Both the position numbers and the translations under genes were made by a program. The notes beneath the pieces are model-generated. The model did not search any database. It saw only the letters and a program-made list of their open reading frames with translations, and had not been told where the DNA came from. Of a stretch of DNA of 64,000 bases, positions 59,109-64,000 are shown one piece after another (the stretch's first letter is position 1; each line of letters opens with the position of its first letter). This DNA is from Kiritimatiellia bacterium. GTDB lineage: Bacteria; Verrucomicrobiota; Kiritimatiellia; RFP12; UBA1067. Location: assembly GCA_050949565.1 (NCBI GenBank), contig JBMNFY010000017.1:608001-672000 (forward strand). The letters run 5' to 3'.

Positions 59109-60157
59109 TCTTCGTCCTCATCCTCATCCTCATCATCTTCTTCTTCGCAATAAGCCGCGTACTTGTCGCAAGCTTGTACAGCGAGGCCCATGAACATGTC
59201 TCTGCACGCAATAAGAACAGACCTACGACGTCTGGGGTTTAAGAGCTCCAAGACTGTAAACGTAAGAAGTGACTGCACGTCCGAAATGGACTCGACAGCG
59301 TTTTTTGCCTCATTGGCATACATTTCACGTGGGTCGGGAACTTCTGTCTCGGGATATTCCTCCGACTCATCATCATCGATTTCGATCGGGGTATCACCGG
59401 TTTCGATGAATCTTTCTGCGAGGGTCTCCGCCCCCTTGACCGAGAGCATTTCGGGAACCTTTTCCCAGTCAAGATCCTCACCCCTAGCGAACAATGAACG
59501 AGCGTAGTGCGTTAACATCCGCTTTTGGAGCGCAAGAAGCTCATTGCCCAGTTCTTTCTTGATCCCTCCAGATACATCCTGCCCCAAGTACTCGTATCCG
59601 GCGACCAGTGCGGTAAGGCCAACGATTCGGCAACAACTTCCGAGATTTTCGTCTTCCAATTCGCCAAGTATGTTGGATGCCTTGATCGTGTAGTGGCGCA
59701 CGGGGGTCAGGTGCTGTGTGATAATCCGCTCTGCTAGTTCCCTATCTATATTGTTTTCGGCAAGGATGGCTTTCATGGCCGTGACGCTTGCTTTCAGGTC
59801 GTCGAGTGCGTTCCGCGCACGATCACGTTCCATTTTCTCGATGACGGTAAGTGACTCAGATTTGATGAGCGTACCAAGGATTTCCGTGCTTTGCTTGATG
59901 GTCCGTTTGAGTTGATCTTGACTCCGAGCGACAATCATGAGTGCTTCCGTCTGGATTTCCGCGCTTTGCCTGATGGCCCGCTCGAGTTGATCTTGATTCT
60001 GAACGATAGTCTCAAGCGCTTCCGTCTGGACTTTCGCGCCGGTAGCGCGATCTGCAAGCCCCAACGACTTGTCTACAAAGCCGATTATGCTGTCACCATG
60101 CTTATCCAAGATACCCACGGCAAGGCCGACTACACCTATGATTCCCGCTCCTGTCAT
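59105..60157 (-). CDS. Hypothetical helical protein with a 25-aa tandem repeat and acidic tail
   Basis: 350-aa ORF, lower GC than neighbours; QTEAL...QDQL...I.QS.EI twice; ends EEEDDEDEDEDEE. Confidence 0.8.
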   Translation of the reverse strand: MTGAGIIGVVGLAVGILDKHGDSIIGFVDKSLGLADRATGAKVQTEALETIVQNQDQLERAIRQSAEIQTEALMIVARSQDQLKRTIKQSTEILGTLIKSESLTVIEKMERDRARNALDDLKASVTAMKAILAENNIDRELAERIITQHLTPVRHYTIKASNILGELEDENLGSCCRIVGLTALVAGYEYLGQDVSGGIKKELGNELLALQKRMLTHYARSLFARGEDLDWEKVPEMLSVKGAETLAERFIETGDTPIEIDDDESEEYPETEVPDPREMYANEAKNAVESISDVQSLLTFTVLELLNPRRRRSVLIACRDMFMGLAVQACDKYAAYCEEEDDEDEDEDEE

Positions 60158-60401
60158 GGTTACACCTTACTCCTTCTTCAATTTCTCGTGAACACGTTTC
60201 CGGCAACATTCGGCACCAGAATAATTCCAACCCCATCGAGCCCACCTCACAAGGCGGGCAGACTCAAAACAACACGGTCATGATAATCGCTCAGGTTGTA
60301 TATGGTCAAGCGCACATTTTTTGGTAATCGGTTGGTGACAGGGTTATGCGAGTTTGGAGCGTGTTTTGTGCCCATCTCGGCACACACAGGTCAAGCGAAG
60401 G

Positions 60402-60632
60402 ATTTGGAGGCGGCGGCAAGTGGCGTTCCGCGCGACGCCGCTTTTTGAACGCAACTAAGGGACAGGTGTTCAGACTGCCCCAACTTCTGATTGAAACCAC
60501 GAATGGCACTAAACAAACGAAAACAAAGCCATGTCTTTCCATGTTCTGTGTTCCGTAGTCAAACAATCGATCCCGATAGCGATCCCGATCCCGATTTGGA
60601 TGAAACCATGAAACCTTGAAACCTGAAACCAA
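60402..60632. repeat. Intergenic mosaic (REP-like unit, 9-mer, hexamer and TGAAACC arrays)
   Basis: 60402-60446 matches 25891-25935; CGAT(C/A)(C/G) hexamer array; TGAAACC x4. Confidence 0.75.
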
Positions 60633-60763
60633 AAAGAGTTGAAGGTTCAACTGCTCTTTTGGTTTAAACCGATGTTTAAAAAATTTGTTTAAGTCGGCAA
60701 TAGGTTGGTCGCTACACCGTTTAACCAGTTGACTGTATACGCCAGAATTGCGGATCGAGTCGC

Positions 60764-60792
60764 TTGACGTCCCCATTCTGAGCGTTTACAAT
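60764..60792 (+). promoter_or_regulatory. Putative sigma70 promoter
   Basis: TTGACG-17 bp-TACAAT upstream of 60845. Confidence 0.6.
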
Positions 60793-60844
60793 CATAGACT
60801 CGGAGTTACGAACTGTTCACCATCGCGGGAGAAAGGGGAACGAC

Positions 60845-63166
60845 ATGGACAACTTGAAACGCACTATCTTGGTCGCCGCCATTTTCGCGGCAATGGGTTC
60901 CGTTGCCCGTACACGCAACAGCTCGTTCAGCGACCGCAGTTCACGGAGCGCTCCGTCTCGCAGTGCTTCGCAATCCGCCCCCGCGCGGTCTTCTTTCAGC
61001 CAGTCTGCGAGCCGCTCCTCCGCAGCGATGCCCGCGCCACGTGTCCAATCCGCACCGCGTGTCAGTGCGCCGCGTGTCAGCGCACCGCGTGTTCAGTCTG
61101 CGCCGCGTGTCAGTGCGCCGCGTGTCAGCGCACCGCGTGTTCAGTCTGCGCCACGTGTTCAGTCTGCGCCACGTGTTCAGTCTGCGCCGCGTGTCCAATC
61201 TGCACCGCGCGTCAGTGCGCCGCAGCCGACGGTAACACGTCCCGCGCCCCCGCAACCCGCGCGTCCCGCGGTGTCGCGTCCGGCCAGCACGCCTAGCGCG
61301 GCACCGGTACCTCAGACGCGCACCGCTCCAGTCGTCACGCGTCCGGCCACGCCGTCGGTTGCCACACCGCGCGCACCGGTCGTCCAGCCCCCTGCGTCCG
61401 CCGCACGTACACCCAGCACCGACCGTAGCACCCCGGTCCAGACGCGTCCGGCCACGCCGTCGGTTGCCACACCGCGCGCGCCGGTCGTCCAGTCCCCTGC
61501 CACCACGACACGTGGCGATGCCAACCGTGGCGCTCCGGTCACCGCGCGTACACCTGATACCAGCCGCATGGCACCGGTCCAGACACGTCCGACCGTCACA
61601 CGCTCCGATCCGGCCGCGCCCGCCACACGCACACCCGACACCAGCCGTAGTGCCCCGGTCGTCACGCGCACGCCTAATACCAGCCGTGCGGCACCAGTCC
61701 AAACACGTCCGGCTGTCACGCGCTCCGATCCGGCCGCGCCCACTCGGACACGTCCTGAAATCAGCACCACGCGCGCACCCGCCACTGATTCGAGCCGTGC
61801 AACATCGCCCGCCACGCGCAGTGCGCTTCCAACGCGGACGACGGCTGTCGAACGCCCGGCCTCCGCGCGCACCAGCGCGGCACGCGTCGATCGCGACGCC
61901 CTCAGCCGTTTGCCCTCCGCAGCCGACCGTGCAGCGGCCACGCGCCTCATGCGTCCTGACGAGAATTCGCAGATCCGAGCCGCTACACGCGGCACCACCA
62001 GCGCCATACGCCCGAGCGGCACCGCCGACGGCCGTCTGGCTTACGCGCCGTCCGCACTGCGTTCCGATACCAGCCGCCTCACGACGCGCGGCACCTCGCT
62101 GTCGGACACGCGCCGCAGTGTGCCTGCACGTGTCAAGCCGGGCCTGTCGGACTTGCGCCGTAGCCCCAGCCGTTATCACGACGGACGCTATTCGGTCTAC
62201 ACGCCTCCCGCCCGCCGCTACGACGGTGGCCGCCACCATCACTACCATCATCATTACCACCACTATGATCGCCATCACCGCCGTCACCACCACTCCAGCT
62301 TCTATCTTAATCTGGCGATCGGATCCGGCTGGTATACGCCCGGCTGGTATGGCCCTTCGTGGTATGCCCCCGCATGGTACGGCCCTGCATGGTACTATCC
62401 CGCCAGCGGTTTCGGCTTCTCCTGGAGCAACCATCGTTACGGCCTCTCCATCTGGAACAGCGCGCCGGTCTACGCCACGCCGTACTACGATAGCTGGGTC
62501 TGCGGTGGATGGGGTTTCAGCAGCCTCTACTACAGCGGCTGGCGTTCCGGTTGGTACGGAGGCGTCTCCTACATCTACAACCCTTGGCCGGTCTATCGCA
62601 CTGCTTATTTCTACGAGCCCGCGCCGGTCGTGACCAGAACCGAAACCGTCTACATCACGCAGCCCGCCGCGCAAACCACGGTGGTCTATGAGGAGCCGCA
62701 AACTTATGCGACTGCGCCCGCCACGCAAACCACGGTGATCTATGAGGAGCCGCAGACCTATGCCGTCGCGCCCGCCGCGTCGCCAAGTGGCAGCCTGCAA
62801 TCCGCGCCTGCCTCCACCACCGCACCGGTGTTGCCACTCCCCGTGCCCGGCGCCCCCGCCCCCGCCGAAGAGCCTGACAACCACACATTATGGGATGCGG
62901 CGCCGGCCGTGGCACAGGTCGAAACAACGGCCATCGGCTGCTTCTGCCCCTGCCGCTGCAACGGCAAGCGCCCCTGCATCTGCGATTACCCGTGCGGTGC
63001 CGAATACGCCATCGGCCGTGAAGAGTTTAATCTGAGCCTGAACTTCGCTTCCTATACCGACACGCTGGATCCTGAAGCGATTTGGCTTTCGTATGCCGGA
63101 CTCGACCGCAGTGCCGCGCTGGCCGGCGACGTCCTGTACGCCGGCTCCGCCACGACAGCCTATTAA
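60845..63166 (+). CDS. Secreted repetitive low-complexity protein (Arg/Pro/Ser/Thr repeats, His tract, Trp/Tyr/Gly block, Cys cluster)
   Basis: Promoter, AAGGGG RBS, signal-like N-terminus; DNA repeat units seen are multiples of 3. Confidence 0.8.
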   Translation: MDNLKRTILVAAIFAAMGSVARTRNSSFSDRSSRSAPSRSASQSAPARSSFSQSASRSSAAMPAPRVQSAPRVSAPRVSAPRVQSAPRVSAPRVSAPRVQSAPRVQSAPRVQSAPRVQSAPRVSAPQPTVTRPAPPQPARPAVSRPASTPSAAPVPQTRTAPVVTRPATPSVATPRAPVVQPPASAARTPSTDRSTPVQTRPATPSVATPRAPVVQSPATTTRGDANRGAPVTARTPDTSRMAPVQTRPTVTRSDPAAPATRTPDTSRSAPVVTRTPNTSRAAPVQTRPAVTRSDPAAPTRTRPEISTTRAPATDSSRATSPATRSALPTRTTAVERPASARTSAARVDRDALSRLPSAADRAAATRLMRPDENSQIRAATRGTTSAIRPSGTADGRLAYAPSALRSDTSRLTTRGTSLSDTRRSVPARVKPGLSDLRRSPSRYHDGRYSVYTPPARRYDGGRHHHYHHHYHHYDRHHRRHHHSSFYLNLAIGSGWYTPGWYGPSWYAPAWYGPAWYYPASGFGFSWSNHRYGLSIWNSAPVYATPYYDSWVCGGWGFSSLYYSGWRSGWYGGVSYIYNPWPVYRTAYFYEPAPVVTRTETVYITQPAAQTTVVYEEPQTYATAPATQTTVIYEEPQTYAVAPAASPSGSLQSAPASTTAPVLPLPVPGAPAPAEEPDNHTLWDAAPAVAQVETTAIGCFCPCRCNGKRPCICDYPCGAEYAIGREEFNLSLNFASYTDTLDPEAIWLSYAGLDRSAALAGDVLYAGSATTAY

Positions 63167-63213
63167 CTAACCCGGCCACGAATGATGCTGCAGCTCTGGA
63201 CAGCGCCCAAGTG

Positions 63214-63375
63214 GAACCATGAAACACATGAAACTTCATGAAAAACAGGGGCACCTTGGCGCCCTTGGCGGTTCCAGAAGACGCTCAGGTAAGTGTCGAA
63301 ATTTGTGCGGTGACAAGAACCGCGCTGTGCGCGGGTCGCGGCACCGCTTTCTCTCCGCGCTGTGCGCGGAGACAC
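63214..63375. repeat. Mosaic: CATGAAA array plus an inverted copy of the que-region REP module
   Basis: Matches 4228-4290 and the reverse complement of 25078-25150. Confidence 0.85.
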
Positions 63376-63391
63376 GCTTAGTTCTCTCACC

Positions 63392-64000
63392 ATGAACACA
63401 GTACCCTACTCAGACCTGATCTCGTACTACGTCGAGCGCTCCGACCGACGCGCGGTAGACCTGCGTGAAGCGGGTGTGCCGGAGTGTGTGGTGCTTGGCC
63501 AGGCTCTGTACCGGCGCGCTTATCCGCCGCTGCAGGAGCACCGCCATTACGGTGTGGCAGAACTGGCCTACGTCGAAAGCGGGTTTCAACCCTACAACGT
63601 GCTGGACAACGAGTTCACGCTGTTCGGCGGCGAAGGCACCATCATTCCGCCGGATACCGGCCACGGCTCGTCGGGGCAACCCTCCTACCCGTGCAAAAAA
63701 GCATGGGTCCAGTTGCGGCTACCGGATGCGGACAGCACGTCCGACTGGCTGGGCCTATCGCCCGAGGAGGCACAGCCGATCCTAGCGATGCTGCGCCACC
63801 CCGTGAACCTCTATTCGAAATGGCCGGCCGACTTCCCCCAACTCATCAGTCGGCTCTTCGCGATCGCCGACCGCCCCCCATCACCCACACGCACCGCCAT
63901 GTTGCGCGCCGGCTTGCAGCACATCCTTTTCGAGTTGCTCGACCGCAACGTGCCCGAAACCGCGCACGCCCACCAACTGCGCGTACGCAAGGTGATCATG
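63392..64000 (+). CDS. Probable AraC-family regulator, N-terminal cupin domain (partial)
   Basis: Hand translation MNTVPYSDL...LQEHRHYGVAELAYVESG.Q.Y...L.GGE..IIPPDTGH; appears open to the window end; HTH not in window. Confidence 0.75.
   Translation, partial: MNTVPYSDLISYYVERSDRRAVDLREAGVPECVVLGQALYRRAYPPLQEHRHYGVAELAYVESGFQPYNVLDNEFTLFGGEGTIIPPDTGHGSSGQPSYPCKKAWVQLRLPDADSTSDWLGLSPEEAQPILAMLRHPVNLYSKWPADFPQLISRLFAIADRPPSPTRTAMLRAGLQHILFELLDRNVPETAHAHQLRVRKVIM

Overview
GC-rich bacterial chromosomal window. A PVC-superphylum, Kiritimatiellia/Lentisphaeria-like anaerobe is my inference from gene order and protein style. Most genes are on the minus strand. Housekeeping content: larE, panC, hemL, glgB/glgA, queE/D/C/F, a NuoE-NuoF (HydC-HydB-like) fusion, pilD, rodZ-like/ftsK/cdaR/cdaA, rnpB, birA, dnaK (frameshifted), groES, groEL. 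Accessory content: a coupled locus of secreted glycan-active proteins, a GlpA/LhgO-like oxidoreductase trio and an organophosphate MFS transporter; an SSS transporter with a GH78-like enzyme and XylR-like regulator; one complete DDE IS with 19-bp TIRs plus derived MITEs; a half-mazF remnant; and a secreted repetitive disordered protein. The most striking non-coding signal is that many larger spacers hold mosaics of short 6-14-mer arrays arranged as polarised inverted arms, interleaved with several REP-like hairpin families. No CRISPR array, tRNA, rRNA or reverse transcriptase was seen. All calls are by eye; no database search was run.
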